Source of the DNA: a virus
Length of the DNA stretch: 64,000 bases
Direction: 5' to 3' (one strand)
Virus record (IMG/VR): IMGVR_UViG_3300042549_008472
Location: 15,495 to 79,494 of that record
Of this stretch, positions 21,716 to 32,042 are shown piece after piece. Numbering within the stretch: the first letter of the stretch is position 1; the number at the start of each line of letters is the position of its first letter. The notes beneath the pieces are model-generated. The model was not told the DNA's origin, did no database searches, and saw nothing but the letters and a program-made list of their open reading frames with translations. Made by a program: the position numbers and the translations under genes.

Positions 21716-23727
21716 ATTTAGATAATGTGTATGTAGCTGATTGTGAGACAGATGGGCTTTATGAAACTGTATCAAAAATGCACGTTTTTTCTATTGGTTG
21801 GAAATCCGAGGGGCAATGGCAAATAAAGTCAACTAATAAAAAAGAAGATGTAGAAAAAGTACTATGTAACCCTAAGAACGTAATCGTGATGCACAATGGC
21901 AGACGCTACGACAAACCTGTTTTAGAGAAGATTTTTGGCTTTACTGTTACTGCAACTATAATAGACTCTTTAGCATTAGCTTGGTGGTTATACCCAAACC
22001 GTTCAAAAGAGGGTAAAAAATTCGGACTTGCTTATTTTGGTGAAGACTATGGAGTCCCAAAACCTATTCTAGAAGATTGGGAAAATCAGCCCTACGAAGT
22101 TTATGTTAACAGATGTGAAGTTGATACTCGCATTAATATACTGTTATGGGAAGATTTAAAGGCTAAACTAGACTTAATGTATCAAGACAATGAACAAGAT
22201 AAAATAAGGCTTATAAACCTTTTAAATTGGGTCATGGACTGTTCTTTTATGCAGGAATTGCAGAAGATAAAAGTTGACGTTAAAAAAACAAAGGAAAACC
22301 TTTCTTATTTTGAATCCCTAAAAGAGGAGAAAATCCAACAGTTAAAGCAGGCAATGCCTAAAATACCTGTAAAGGTTAAGAGAACAAAGCCAAAAAATAT
22401 GTTCAAAAAAGATTTGTCTTTATCTGTTGCAGGTGAGAAATGGATGACCTTGATTAGAGGGTGTAATTTAGAAGAAGATTATGGAGGCGAAATAGAAGAA
22501 ATTATTTCATGGGAAGAGCCAAATCCTAACTCTGTAAAGCAAAAAAAAGATTGGTTATATAGTCTTGGATGGAATCCTCAAACATTCAAACACAACAGAG
22601 ATAAAGCTACAAATGAAGTAAACATAGTGGAACAAATAATGACTGAAGAAAAAATGCTTTGTCCAAGTGTTTTAAAATTAGTTGAAAAAGAACCTGCTAT
22701 TGAAGCTTTTGATGGTCTCACTGTTTTAACACATAGAATTGGACTGCTAAAGGGTTTTCTATCCAATATGGACGAAAATGAGATGATTGCTCAAGGACTG
22801 ATGGGCTTAGCCGTTTCAATGAGATGGATGCATTCCAAAATTGTAAACCTTCCGCGTTATACAGGTAAAGGAGATATTAGAGACGGTAAATGGATTAGAG
22901 AGTGCCTTGTAGCGGGAGAAGGAAAGAAGATTGTACAAAGTGACCTTTCTGGAATTGAAAGTCGAACTTCAGACCATTATACGTTTTTTATCAATCCAGA
23001 TAGAATTAAAAAGACACAGATGCCTTATTTTGACCCACATTGCGAAATATCTGTTCAGAGTAATCTAATGACACCTGATGAGGAAGTTTTTTACATTTTT
23101 AAATCAGCAGTAAAAGACAATCCAGAGTTAAATATAGATACATTTAGTGAACTGTATAAACCGACAGAAGAAGTTAAAAGAATGTTGTCATTACCTATTG
23201 AGGAACAATATAGTTTAATGAAAAAACTAAAAAACGTTAGGACAAAAGGAAAAACTACGAATTATAGCTCACTTTACCTTGTTGGAGCTGAGACACTTAG
23301 CAGAGCTTTAGAGATTACTAAAAAAGAAAGTCAAAAACTTATAGACTCTTATTGGCAAATTCATTACGCAGTCAAAAAAGCAACTGAGTCTTTTGAAACT
23401 AAAACAGTTGGTGATGAAACATGGGTTTATAATCCTATATCAAGATTTTTTTATTATTGTAGAAACACTAAAGACTTATTCAGCATCGTAAACCAGTCTA
23501 GTGCAGTTTACTGTTTCAATATGTGGGTTTGGAATTGTACACAAATGGGTATCTACCCTGTAACACAAAGCCATGACGATTCCGCTTATGTAGTTGATGA
23601 GCAATATGTTGAAAAAACTAAGTCAATAATTACAGAGGCTATGAGGAGAGTAAATAAACAACTACAGTTAAATGTAGAATTAGCTTGTGAGACTCAGGTA
23701 GGAAGTAATATAGCGGAAACGCATTAG
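21712..23727 (+). CDS. polA: Family A (T7-like) DNA polymerase with 3'-5' exonuclease
   Basis: ExoI DCETDGL, ExoII HNGRRYD, motif A SDLSGIESR, motif B RTKGKTTNYSSLY, motif C SHDD. Confidence 0.92.
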   Translation: MNLDNVYVADCETDGLYETVSKMHVFSIGWKSEGQWQIKSTNKKEDVEKVLCNPKNVIVMHNGRRYDKPVLEKIFGFTVTATIIDSLALAWWLYPNRSKEGKKFGLAYFGEDYGVPKPILEDWENQPYEVYVNRCEVDTRINILLWEDLKAKLDLMYQDNEQDKIRLINLLNWVMDCSFMQELQKIKVDVKKTKENLSYFESLKEEKIQQLKQAMPKIPVKVKRTKPKNMFKKDLSLSVAGEKWMTLIRGCNLEEDYGGEIEEIISWEEPNPNSVKQKKDWLYSLGWNPQTFKHNRDKATNEVNIVEQIMTEEKMLCPSVLKLVEKEPAIEAFDGLTVLTHRIGLLKGFLSNMDENEMIAQGLMGLAVSMRWMHSKIVNLPRYTGKGDIRDGKWIRECLVAGEGKKIVQSDLSGIESRTSDHYTFFINPDRIKKTQMPYFDPHCEISVQSNLMTPDEEVFYIFKSAVKDNPELNIDTFSELYKPTEEVKRMLSLPIEEQYSLMKKLKNVRTKGKTTNYSSLYLVGAETLSRALEITKKESQKLIDSYWQIHYAVKKATESFETKTVGDETWVYNPISRFFYYCRNTKDLFSIVNQSSAVYCFNMWVWNCTQMGIYPVTQSHDDSAYVVDEQYVEKTKSIITEAMRRVNKQLQLNVELACETQVGSNIAETH

Positions 23728-23749
23728 ATGTTAAAGTTTTAACAAAGAT

Positions 23750-23888
23750 TTGCACAGTTAAAAATTATTTTGTAGATTTGCTTTGTAATTATTTTGTGCG
23801 AGATTTGATTACATTTAAAACACTAAAAAATATAATGCTGAAAGTTTGTTTGATGATACTCGCACTATCGGATAACAAACTTTTCGGC
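23750..23888 (+). promoter_or_regulatory. Promoter plus two-hairpin leader with complementary loops
   Basis: TTGCAC...TAGATTTG (23750-23780); loops GTGCGAG (23796-23802) and CTCGCAC (23859-23865). Confidence 0.6.
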
Positions 23889-23904
23889 GTTTATAAGATA
23901 AAAT

Positions 23905-24843
23905 ATGTATAAAATTTGGACTGAATACGAAATTAACTTTTTAATTGAACACTACCCTTATAATGGTGTGAATTATTGTGCTAAAGAGCTAAATAGAAGT
24001 TATAGTTCTATAAGTAGAAAAGCACAGAAACTTCAAATAAATGTAAATGGACAAGTATGTAATATGTTAAAAAAAGAAGGAATTTCAAAATCTAATAAAC
24101 CTAGAAGAAAAGATAGAGTAGGTAAAAAATTTATAACTTATCAAGGTTATGAAATTGAGATTATTGAATATTTCGGAGCACGAAATTGTACCATTAGATT
24201 TAATGATAAAAATAACACTGTTAAATATAACGTAGCGGTAAAAGAAATACAAACAGGAAGTATTAAAAACTGCAATCATCCAGAAGTATTGGGTGTAGGG
24301 TATATTGGGATAGGTGACCATACTGCAAGGGTTGATGGTAAAATGACAAAATGTTATAACACATGGTTCAACATGCTAAGTAGATGTTATCAAAGTACAA
24401 ATAATAGAAACTATAGTTATTGTGATGTAGAGGTTTGCGAAGAATGGCATAATTTTCAAAATTTTGCCGAATGGTTTTATGACAATTTTAAGAATAACGG
24501 TTGGTTTTTAGACAAAGATATTCTATGTCCAACTTGTAAAATTTACAGCCCTGAGACTTGCTGTTTTGTACCTAATGAGGTGAATGTACTATTTAGTAAA
24601 AATAATATAAGTACGTATAATTTACCAAGGGGAGTCTATCCTAAAGATGGTAAATATGAGTCTGCTATTAGTAAATTTGGTAAACAGTATTACTTGGGAT
24701 TTTTTAATACTATCGAAGAAGCACAACATACTTACAATACAGCTAAAAAAGAGTATATACAAGAAGTCAGTGATAAGTGGAGAGGTATATTAGCCGATAA
24801 CATCTGTAATGCCATAAGAGATTTTGATATTAGTTTACTATAA
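23905..24843 (+). CDS. Free-standing HNH-type homing endonuclease with C-terminal AP2-like domain
   Basis: W.NML.RC...VCEEWHNFQNFAEW...LDKD...YSPETCCFVP; C-terminal YLGFFNTIEEA. Confidence 0.75.
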   Translation: MYKIWTEYEINFLIEHYPYNGVNYCAKELNRSYSSISRKAQKLQINVNGQVCNMLKKEGISKSNKPRRKDRVGKKFITYQGYEIEIIEYFGARNCTIRFNDKNNTVKYNVAVKEIQTGSIKNCNHPEVLGVGYIGIGDHTARVDGKMTKCYNTWFNMLSRCYQSTNNRNYSYCDVEVCEEWHNFQNFAEWFYDNFKNNGWFLDKDILCPTCKIYSPETCCFVPNEVNVLFSKNNISTYNLPRGVYPKDGKYESAISKFGKQYYLGFFNTIEEAQHTYNTAKKEYIQEVSDKWRGILADNICNAIRDFDISLL

Positions 24844-24868
24844 CTTTCAAACTTTAACATAACTCTCC

Positions 24869-24899
24869 TTGCACATCAATAAAATATGTTTTATATTTG
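24869..24899 (+). promoter_or_regulatory. Bacteroidota-type promoter
   Basis: TTGCAC...TATATTTG. Confidence 0.65.
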
Positions 24900-24950
24900 C
24901 AACATAATCTGCTGTTTTATTCTTTTTCGCGGCAAAAAACAAATAAAAAT

Positions 24951-25256
24951 ATGACAAACAACTTACTAAAATACAATTCAATTGAAGAGTTATTAGATGC
25001 GATGACTACCGAAAAATCAACAGGAAAGAAACTAATTTTCTCTGATATAGGAAGTGATGAAGAGGGGTATAGAGATTTTAGGAGTAGATTTGAATCTTTT
25101 AAGGAAGTAATTGAAAGAGATTTACCTGAATTAACTAAAGATGAGATTATAAAATTTAACAGACATTATCACAGTTTTAGAGAGATTTATAAGTGGAGCG
25201 GATTTGACGTTTTATTGAGAGTCTTGGAGTGGGAACAATTAAAAAATAAGAAATAA
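24951..25256 (+). CDS. Hypothetical protein
   Basis: ATG at 24951 after promoter; coupled to next gene. Confidence 0.55.
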   Translation: MTNNLLKYNSIEELLDAMTTEKSTGKKLIFSDIGSDEEGYRDFRSRFESFKEVIERDLPELTKDEIIKFNRHYHSFREIYKWSGFDVLLRVLEWEQLKNKK

Positions 25257-25681
25257 TGTTAGGAAAAGCAATTGCATTAGCATCAAAAGCGTTTGAGAAC
25301 ACAAAAGATAAAGGTGGACAACCTTATATACTTCATTGTTTAAGAGTTATGCATAATTTGCATACAGATGATGAGGAACTTAAAATCATAGCAATTTTGC
25401 ACGATTTACTAGAGGATTGTAAACAGTTCACTCTCAGAGAACTACAAGATTTAGGATATTCAAGACGTATTCTAAAAGCTTTAGATTTACTCAACCACGA
25501 CAGAAATGTTCCTTATGATGACTATATCAAAGCTATCTCTTTTAATGCTGATGCTACAAAAGTTAAATTAGCAGATTTAAAAGATAATTCTGATATTACT
25601 CGTCTTAAAGGACTGACTAAAAAAGATTTTGATAGGATGGAAAAATACCATAGAAGTTTTATTTATTTAAGTAGAATTTAA
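25256..25681 (+). CDS. HD-domain (p)ppGpp hydrolase-like protein (SpoT/MESH1 small alarmone hydrolase family)
   Basis: KDKGGQPYILH...AILHDLLED...VKLADLKDN. Confidence 0.8.
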   Translation: MLGKAIALASKAFENTKDKGGQPYILHCLRVMHNLHTDDEELKIIAILHDLLEDCKQFTLRELQDLGYSRRILKALDLLNHDRNVPYDDYIKAISFNADATKVKLADLKDNSDITRLKGLTKKDFDRMEKYHRSFIYLSRI

Positions 25682-25709
25682 CAGTAAATAATCAATACCT
25701 TTACAAAAA

Positions 25710-25907
25710 ATGGAAGCTTACAAAGTAAAACAAGGAACTAAAGTAGTAGTCACAGACAACTCTGTTAAAACACCACCCTCATCAATACCTGTAAATAAAG
25801 GTGACATTATTACGATTAACAGACTTGATGGAATGTATTGTAATGGAGTAAATGAACATGGGGATAGGGTTTATGTTGCATCATGGACAGAAGTTGAAAT
25901 TTATTAA
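25710..25907 (+). CDS. Hypothetical protein
   Basis: 65-aa ORF in operon. Confidence 0.55.
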   Translation: MEAYKVKQGTKVVVTDNSVKTPPSSIPVNKGDIITINRLDGMYCNGVNEHGDRVYVASWTEVEIY

Positions 25908-25923
25908 TATCTAAAAAACAACA

Positions 25924-26370
25924 ATGAAAAAATTATTATTCTTACTGTTTTCAATAACAGTAGTAGCACAAAACCAAAGTAAATTAAATGCAAATTTTCT
26001 AGTAGACAGAACGGCTCATTTAGTTCTAGAAATTGAAGGAGTGGAGAAAAACTTATATGTAAAGGGTGCAGTGGAGTATGCTCCAAACATCAAAGGAGGC
26101 TTCTTTGTATTAGGTAGCGCATTAGGACTTAGCACTGATTTAAGACAGTATAGAATTTATACAGCACCTAAAATCCAATTCATTTTAAGAGGTGGTAATG
26201 TATATCCCTCTGCTGGATTTGAGTTAGGAATTGATAAAACTTTTAATTCAGGTTTAATTATTGGAATCAGAGGAAGTTACGACTACCGTTCTGACTTTGA
26301 ATATTGGGATAAATATGCGGCAGAATGGAGACCAAGTGGATTTGTTAAAGTAGGATGGAGAATTAAATAA
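25924..26370 (+). CDS. Putative small outer-membrane beta-barrel protein
   Basis: Signal peptide, alternating amphipathic strands, C-terminal FVKVGW strand. Confidence 0.5.
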   Translation: MKKLLFLLFSITVVAQNQSKLNANFLVDRTAHLVLEIEGVEKNLYVKGAVEYAPNIKGGFFVLGSALGLSTDLRQYRIYTAPKIQFILRGGNVYPSAGFELGIDKTFNSGLIIGIRGSYDYRSDFEYWDKYAAEWRPSGFVKVGWRIK

Positions 26371-26839
26371 ATATAAAATGGATTCACTAAGATTTTGGAT
26401 GTCGGAAGACTACATAAACGAGAAAAAAGAAACGGATTTAAGTCAAAATATTAAGGACTTGTTAATACTATACAGTGTTTTGTCTTTGGAAGATAAGTTA
26501 GTAGCAAAGAGAGAAATTAGAAATGCAGAAATATTTTAAAAATTTATTCAATTTTCTTTTGTTTTTGCCGAAAATTAATTGTACATTTGTAGAAGAATTA
26601 AAAACTATAAAAATGATAAAAAGTTCAATAGAATTAATAGCAGAAAACATAGGGTTTGACATAGCTCATTCAGATGACCACACACAAGCAAATCTTTTAA
26701 ATGGTTTAGGTAGAGGTTTTAAGTTATACAGACAACAAGACTTTCAAATGCAGTTGAGTTATATTTCAGGTAAGCTCAGTGTAGATGCGGAGAAGGTTAT
26801 TTTAGAATTAGCGGAATTTATAAAACTAAAAAATACATA

Positions 26840-27304
26840 ATGAAAGTAAAAATTAAAAAGATTAACGAAAATGCTACAATTCCAAAACAAGCAACTGAAT
26901 TAGCAGGAGGGTGGGATGTAACAGTAACAGAAATTGAACAGGTTGAAAGTGATTTGGTTATTTGCAAATTAGGATTCGCATTACAGTTACCTACAAATTA
27001 CCGTCTTATTTTAGTTCCAAGAAGTAGTTTAACAAAAACTAAATGGATTTTACAGAATAGCCCTGGTCTTGGAGATGCAGATTTTCTGCAAGAATACTCT
27101 TTTAGATTTAGGGCTTTACCTGAAGATGTCGATACTGTAGATGGGTTTGGAGGTATTGTATTAACCTACCCTAAATTTCCTTATCAAGTTGGAGATAGGA
27201 TTGGGCAAGTTTATTTAGAAGAAGTTATTCATATTGAGTTTGAAGAAGTAGAAGAGTTTGATTTTGAAAATAATAGAGGAGGGTACGGAAGTACAGATAA
27301 ATAA
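26840..27304 (+). CDS. dut: Trimeric dUTPase
   Basis: AGGWD, PRSS, G.GDADF, GDRIGQ, RGGYGST motifs. Confidence 0.9.
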   Translation: MKVKIKKINENATIPKQATELAGGWDVTVTEIEQVESDLVICKLGFALQLPTNYRLILVPRSSLTKTKWILQNSPGLGDADFLQEYSFRFRALPEDVDTVDGFGGIVLTYPKFPYQVGDRIGQVYLEEVIHIEFEEVEEFDFENNRGGYGSTDK

Positions 27305-27728
27305 TGAATATATACTATCATCCAATTTTAGGGCTTCAATACGCTATGATAGGCTCAACATTCTTAATTGATGTTGCTGTATTACCACAAGATTTTGACC
27401 TAGAGAGATTTAGAGAACAATGGTTAGAATGGCGAGATACAGAGGGAGTATCTTTTTATGACTCGGTAGAAAGTTGGATAGAAATAACTAATATAGATTT
27501 AAACTAATAATGAATAATTACACAATATTGATTTACTACATCTACGCTTTAGTAGTTATATGTTTGACAGGTTATGTCGTATTTATACTAGACTATTCAG
27601 GATGGTGGTTTATAATGACACTAATACTTTTAAATATTTCGCCGACAAATGAAAAAAATTAAATTTTACCTGACAATACTACCCTATATAGCACTAATAA
27701 TCTTAGAAATAATACTAATAATTCACTT

Positions 27729-27933
27729 ATGGCAAAAGCTATTTTAGAATTTAATTTAGACGACTTGGAAGATAAAAGGTCTCATTTAAGATGTCACGTT
27801 ATTTGACAGTTTATTTACAATTCGCGCAAAAAAACTTGAAAACGAGGAAAAATACACAGCAGATAATGTGTTCGACCATTTTCACTCACTACTAGAAGAA
27901 TACGATACAAACATAGACGAATTAATTAATTAA
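27729..27933 (+). pseudogene. Decayed small hypothetical gene
   Basis: MAKAILEFNLDDLEDKRSHLRCHVI, in-frame TGA, QFIYNSRKK, frameshift in an A7 run, LENEEKY...IDELIN. Confidence 0.45.
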
Positions 27934-27936
27934 ATT

Positions 27937-28263
27937 ATGAAAAAATTAACATTATTACTATTTCCTACAATCTTATTTGCACAGACAAGAGTAGAAGTAT
28001 ATGAAACTGTAAACGGTGTGCGCAACGTACTTCCATCAAAAATCATTGAAACTCAAGGTAACACTACAACTGTCTATGAAACCAACTCAGGAGTTAAGAA
28101 TTTATTTCCATCCCAAGTAATTGAGACTACAAAAACAGAAGTTAAGAGTTTTGAAGTTAAAGATGGACTTAAAACTTTATTTCCTACGCAAGTTATACCT
28201 GTTGTTGAACCACCTAAAAAAGTAGAAATTGATGTTTTTAAATTTCCAATTATTTCACAGTAA
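27937..28263 (+). CDS. Secreted protein with three ~27-aa repeats
   Basis: Signal peptide; VYET.NGV.N.LPS.IIET-like unit x3. Confidence 0.6.
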   Translation: MKKLTLLLFPTILFAQTRVEVYETVNGVRNVLPSKIIETQGNTTTVYETNSGVKNLFPSQVIETTKTEVKSFEVKDGLKTLFPTQVIPVVEPPKKVEIDVFKFPIISQ

Positions 28264-28813
28264 AGGTTTAAAGCCCGAGGATTTATATTATCTTTTGGCA
28301 ATAAAACAAATTGAAAAAGAAGTGTTAGAAAAGCTCCCTAGTGATGTTTTTATGAGATTAGAGGCACTTTCTCTCTTGACTAGTATAAAGGGGAAGAAAG
28401 GGGATAATCCTGACTATAATATACGTTTGTCAAAGAAAGGGTTAGAATTTTTTAACACTTTGGATATTCCTGAAGTTGCTGAGGGAGATTTAAAAATGGC
28501 AGAATATTTATTTTCAATGTACCTTAACCACGAAGATGAAGAAAGGGTTCTAGGCAATAAAAAAGCTATCACAAAATACATAGCTATTCTTAGAAATCAT
28601 TTAGACTTATCTTTACATGAATTTTTCTACCTTTGTGAATACTTCTTAGCAGAATATCCGTTCACGAAAAAGCTAGAGAATATTTTTCTAGACAAGAATA
28701 AGAACCGTTATGGAGAATTTAAAAATAATATTGATAGTTCAGTCTTATTCCAATTTTGGGAACAGAAGGAACAAGAGATAAGACAATATTTTAAAATAAA
28801 AATAAAAGATTAA
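28229..28813 (+). CDS. Hypothetical protein, possibly helicase loader/initiator
   Basis: Directly upstream of helicase; function inferred from position only. Confidence 0.35.
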   Translation: MMFLNFQLFHSKGLKPEDLYYLLAIKQIEKEVLEKLPSDVFMRLEALSLLTSIKGKKGDNPDYNIRLSKKGLEFFNTLDIPEVAEGDLKMAEYLFSMYLNHEDEERVLGNKKAITKYIAILRNHLDLSLHEFFYLCEYFLAEYPFTKKLENIFLDKNKNRYGEFKNNIDSSVLFQFWEQKEQEIRQYFKIKIKD

Positions 28814-29881
28814 ATGGCATTAAAAACGGGTAAACAACTTACAGATGAAACAGTTATCACAATAGGAAAATTCCAATCAGGAGAGCTGAGACCCATTTCT
28901 ACAGGAATAGTGCATTTAGATGACAGTTTATTATCAGGGTTAACCCCAGGAATTGTCCTTGGAATAATTGGCAGGAGTCAACATGGAAAAAGCTATGATA
29001 TGGAGCGTATTCAACGCCATATTTTAAAAACACAAACAGATGTAATTTATATAAACTGTAATTGGGAACTCTCTCACTTTAAACTTCTCCTAAGAGATAT
29101 TTCACAACGTACAGGGGACAACATTGGTAAAATACTTTTTGAAAAACCTACGGAGGAACAATTGGCTAAACTAAAAGAAATTTGTGATGATAATAGAACC
29201 GAGAATGTACTATACCAAAATGAACCAGTAGATGCTGAAACTTTTAGGCAAGATATTGAAAAAGTAATATTAGAAAACCCTACAAAAAAAATAGTAGTAG
29301 CAATTGATAATTTAGAAAACATTTTAAATACAAAAGGTTCTCAAAAAGAGTCTATGGATGCCTTGCTTTATCAAGTAAACAGACTAAAAAATATACACCC
29401 TTATATCTGCTTTATAGTGTTGAACCAAATGAACCAAAACTATATTTTGAGAATGGATAATCCTAAAAACCAAAGACCTATTGAGAGTGATATCTACGGT
29501 TCTGACCAACTTTTCAAACTTTGTGATGTATTATATGTAAAACTAATTCCTTGGAAGTTAGGTATAAGAGAAAAATTTATGGTTTTTGGAAAAGATATGT
29601 ATCATTGGTTAGATGAACATAAGATATTTGGGAGCGGTAATACAGCAAGTTTTGACCCTTTTGGTAGAGCATTTTATTTTTATTTGAAATTAAGGTCTGT
29701 TAAGGATGAAAAAAATATACAAGATTTATTTATAGAACAAATGTTTACAAAAGAAGAAACTAATATTCCTAGCAGTAAAAATATTATCCAAACACCTGTA
29801 TTTGAAAAACCCTCTCCTGTAATTCCTAATTTCAATATGAATACAGCATTTGATATTCCCGAAGAAGACAGTCCATTTTAA
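28814..29881 (+). CDS. DnaB-like (SF4) replicative helicase
   Basis: ISTG...LD, Walker A GRSQHGKS, Walker B AIDN, LNQMN, SDIYGSDQ. Confidence 0.8.
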   Translation: MALKTGKQLTDETVITIGKFQSGELRPISTGIVHLDDSLLSGLTPGIVLGIIGRSQHGKSYDMERIQRHILKTQTDVIYINCNWELSHFKLLLRDISQRTGDNIGKILFEKPTEEQLAKLKEICDDNRTENVLYQNEPVDAETFRQDIEKVILENPTKKIVVAIDNLENILNTKGSQKESMDALLYQVNRLKNIHPYICFIVLNQMNQNYILRMDNPKNQRPIESDIYGSDQLFKLCDVLYVKLIPWKLGIREKFMVFGKDMYHWLDEHKIFGSGNTASFDPFGRAFYFYLKLRSVKDEKNIQDLFIEQMFTKEETNIPSSKNIIQTPVFEKPSPVIPNFNMNTAFDIPEEDSPF

Positions 29882-29981
29882 AGTCGAAAAAAGCATCGTA
29901 TTAGACTTAAGCCAAAGATGACTCAGGATGCTCGAAAGACCCGAAAAGGATTAAACCTTAGTGAAGCTGTAAGTCATCTTT
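29881..29981 (+). ncRNA. Candidate structured RNA (multi-stem, possible pseudoknot)
   Basis: AAAGATGACT/AGTCATCTTT 10-bp stem; AAGTC/GACTT stem whose loop AGCATC complements GATGCT. Confidence 0.4.
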
Positions 29982-30017
29982 AAAAAGCCAGTTGATTAAT
30001 TTCTTCTGGTTTTTTTG
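29982..30017 (+). terminator. Rho-independent terminator
   Basis: AAAAAGCCAG...CTGGTTTTTT. Confidence 0.6.
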
Positions 30018-30043
30018 TTTTTTGAAAATAAATAATAAATCTT

Positions 30044-30074
30044 TTGCAGGTTTAAAATATAGTTTGTATATTTG
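30044..30074 (+). promoter_or_regulatory. Promoter of the NAD operon
   Basis: TTGCAG...TATATTTG. Confidence 0.65.
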
Positions 30075-30101
30075 TGGAATAAAATAATTAAATTTTTAAA
30101 A

Positions 30102-31670
30102 ATGAGAATGAATAGTATGTTTTTAGCAGATGGTTACAAAGTTGGTCATTTTAACATGTATCAAGATGGGACTGAAGTAGTATACAGTAATTTTACTCCA
30201 AGAAGTAATAAGTATGCTCCAAAAGGCAATAATGGGAAAGTTTTAAACTTTGGACATCAGTATGCAATTAGGTTTATTGTTGAACATTTTAATGAAAATT
30301 TCTTCAATCTAAATAAAGAAGAAGTAATTCAAGATATTAAAACAAATTTTTCTGCATACCTTGGTGTAGACTACGATACAAACCACATTTCAGAATTACA
30401 TGATTTAGGGTATTTACCTATAGAAATTAGAACCTTGGATGAGGGTACAGAGTCTGCAATTAAAATTCCTATTTTATTTTTATATAATACAGACATTAGG
30501 TTTGCTTGGGTTACTAACTACATAGAAACTATTTTAAGTAATCTTTTATGGCAACCCCTTACAACGGCTACAAATGTTTTACTTATGAAACGAATTGTAA
30601 AAGAAGCAGTATTAAGAACCGACAAAGATAATGTAGGAGCTGTTGATTTTATGTTACATGATTTTTCTATGCGTGGTTTAACAGGATTAGATGCTACAAT
30701 TGGTTCAGGATTAGCTTTTGCCTCTGTATCAAAAGGTTCTGATAGTCTACCTACAATTAAAGCTTCTCAGCATTATTATGATGAAACAGAAACTCCTGTC
30801 TTTTCAGTTCGGGCTAGTGAGCATTCACAAATGACTGCGGGGGGAGTAGAAGGAGAGTTTGAAATTTATAAAAACTTACTGACTAAATTTCCTAATGGAA
30901 TTATGTCTTTAGTATCAGACAGTTTTGATTTATGGAGAGTTTTGACAGACTATTTACCTAAACTGAAAGATATTATCATGGCTCGTGATGGTAAATTGGT
31001 TATTCGCCCTGACTCAGGAAATCCTGTGGATATTATTTGTGGGATAAACAACTGTAAAGTTGAAAATGAACAAGTATTTAAATTTGAAAAAGAATATGTA
31101 AGAGATAATGGAGGAAATGAAAGAGAACCAAATTGGTATTGGGAAAAGAAATCAAATGTGAAATACTCCCATTCTGAAATTAAAGGTGTCATTGAATTAC
31201 TTTGGGACGTTTTTGGAGGTACTATAAATGAGCAAGGCTTTAAAGTATTAGACTCCCATATTGGAATGATTTACGGTGAGGCTATCAACCAAGATAATAT
31301 TAAACAAATCTTTGAAAGATTAGAAGCTAAAGGTTTTGCGGCAAGTAATTGTTTCTTTGGACAAGGTAGTTATTCAATGCAAATGGTAACTAGAGATACT
31401 TGGGGGATGGCTTTAAAGTGTATTGCTCAACAAAGAAATGGTAAGATAGTTGAAATCTTTAAAGACCCTATTACAGATGACGGAATTAAAAAATCTGCAA
31501 AAGGGTTAACAGTTGTTTATAAAGATGAAAATGGAGATTATTATTTGAAAGACCAAGCCACATTAGCAGAAGTTAATTCAGAAGAAAATCAACTTAAAGT
31601 TAGATTTAAAGATGGTAAGTATTATAACCAAACAACGTTAACCAAAATCAGAGAGAGAATTACTGAATAA
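30102..31670 (+). CDS. NAMPT-family enzyme, probably Namat (nicotinamide ADP-ribosyl transferase) of NARP1
   Basis: DGYKVGH, YSNFTPR, HDFSMRG, ASEHS, VSDSFD, IRPDSG, KKSAKG; start placed at ATG 30102. Confidence 0.85.
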   Translation: MRMNSMFLADGYKVGHFNMYQDGTEVVYSNFTPRSNKYAPKGNNGKVLNFGHQYAIRFIVEHFNENFFNLNKEEVIQDIKTNFSAYLGVDYDTNHISELHDLGYLPIEIRTLDEGTESAIKIPILFLYNTDIRFAWVTNYIETILSNLLWQPLTTATNVLLMKRIVKEAVLRTDKDNVGAVDFMLHDFSMRGLTGLDATIGSGLAFASVSKGSDSLPTIKASQHYYDETETPVFSVRASEHSQMTAGGVEGEFEIYKNLLTKFPNGIMSLVSDSFDLWRVLTDYLPKLKDIIMARDGKLVIRPDSGNPVDIICGINNCKVENEQVFKFEKEYVRDNGGNEREPNWYWEKKSNVKYSHSEIKGVIELLWDVFGGTINEQGFKVLDSHIGMIYGEAINQDNIKQIFERLEAKGFAASNCFFGQGSYSMQMVTRDTWGMALKCIAQQRNGKIVEIFKDPITDDGIKKSAKGLTVVYKDENGDYYLKDQATLAEVNSEENQLKVRFKDGKYYNQTTLTKIRERITE

Positions 31671-31682
31671 AATGAAAGAGCT

Positions 31683-32042
31683 ATGAACAAAAGTAAGAAA
31701 TTCTACAGAGTATCAAATACAGATACTAATCAAGGATTATGGTATCACTTCGACGGAGAATTTTCAGGGTTTATTCACGACAAATTTAATTTCTGCAATA
31801 ATAGCGATTTAAAAATGGATTTTGATGAAGACCTTGTAGGATGGATTTCGGTAGTTGATAATATTGATGATTTATATCAGTGGTTTTCAAAAGACGATAT
31901 CTTAAAACTTCAAGAACACGGTTGGTACATTCACGAGTATGAATCCCAAGATTTCAGATTTTATGACAAATTTGGTCACTACATAATCAAACAGGGTACT
32001 TTTAGACTAACAAATAAAATAATACTAGATGGAAATCACTAA
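31683..32042 (+). CDS. Hypothetical protein inside the NAD operon
   Basis: Between the two enzymes; overlaps the next start. Confidence 0.6.
   Translation: MNKSKKFYRVSNTDTNQGLWYHFDGEFSGFIHDKFNFCNNSDLKMDFDEDLVGWISVVDNIDDLYQWFSKDDILKLQEHGWYIHEYESQDFRFYDKFGHYIIKQGTFRLTNKIILDGNH

Noticed and set aside
27729-27933. Stop-codon reassignment suggested by an in-frame TGA
   Set aside because: Long genes are intact in the standard code and this ORF also has a frameshift, so it is a pseudogene
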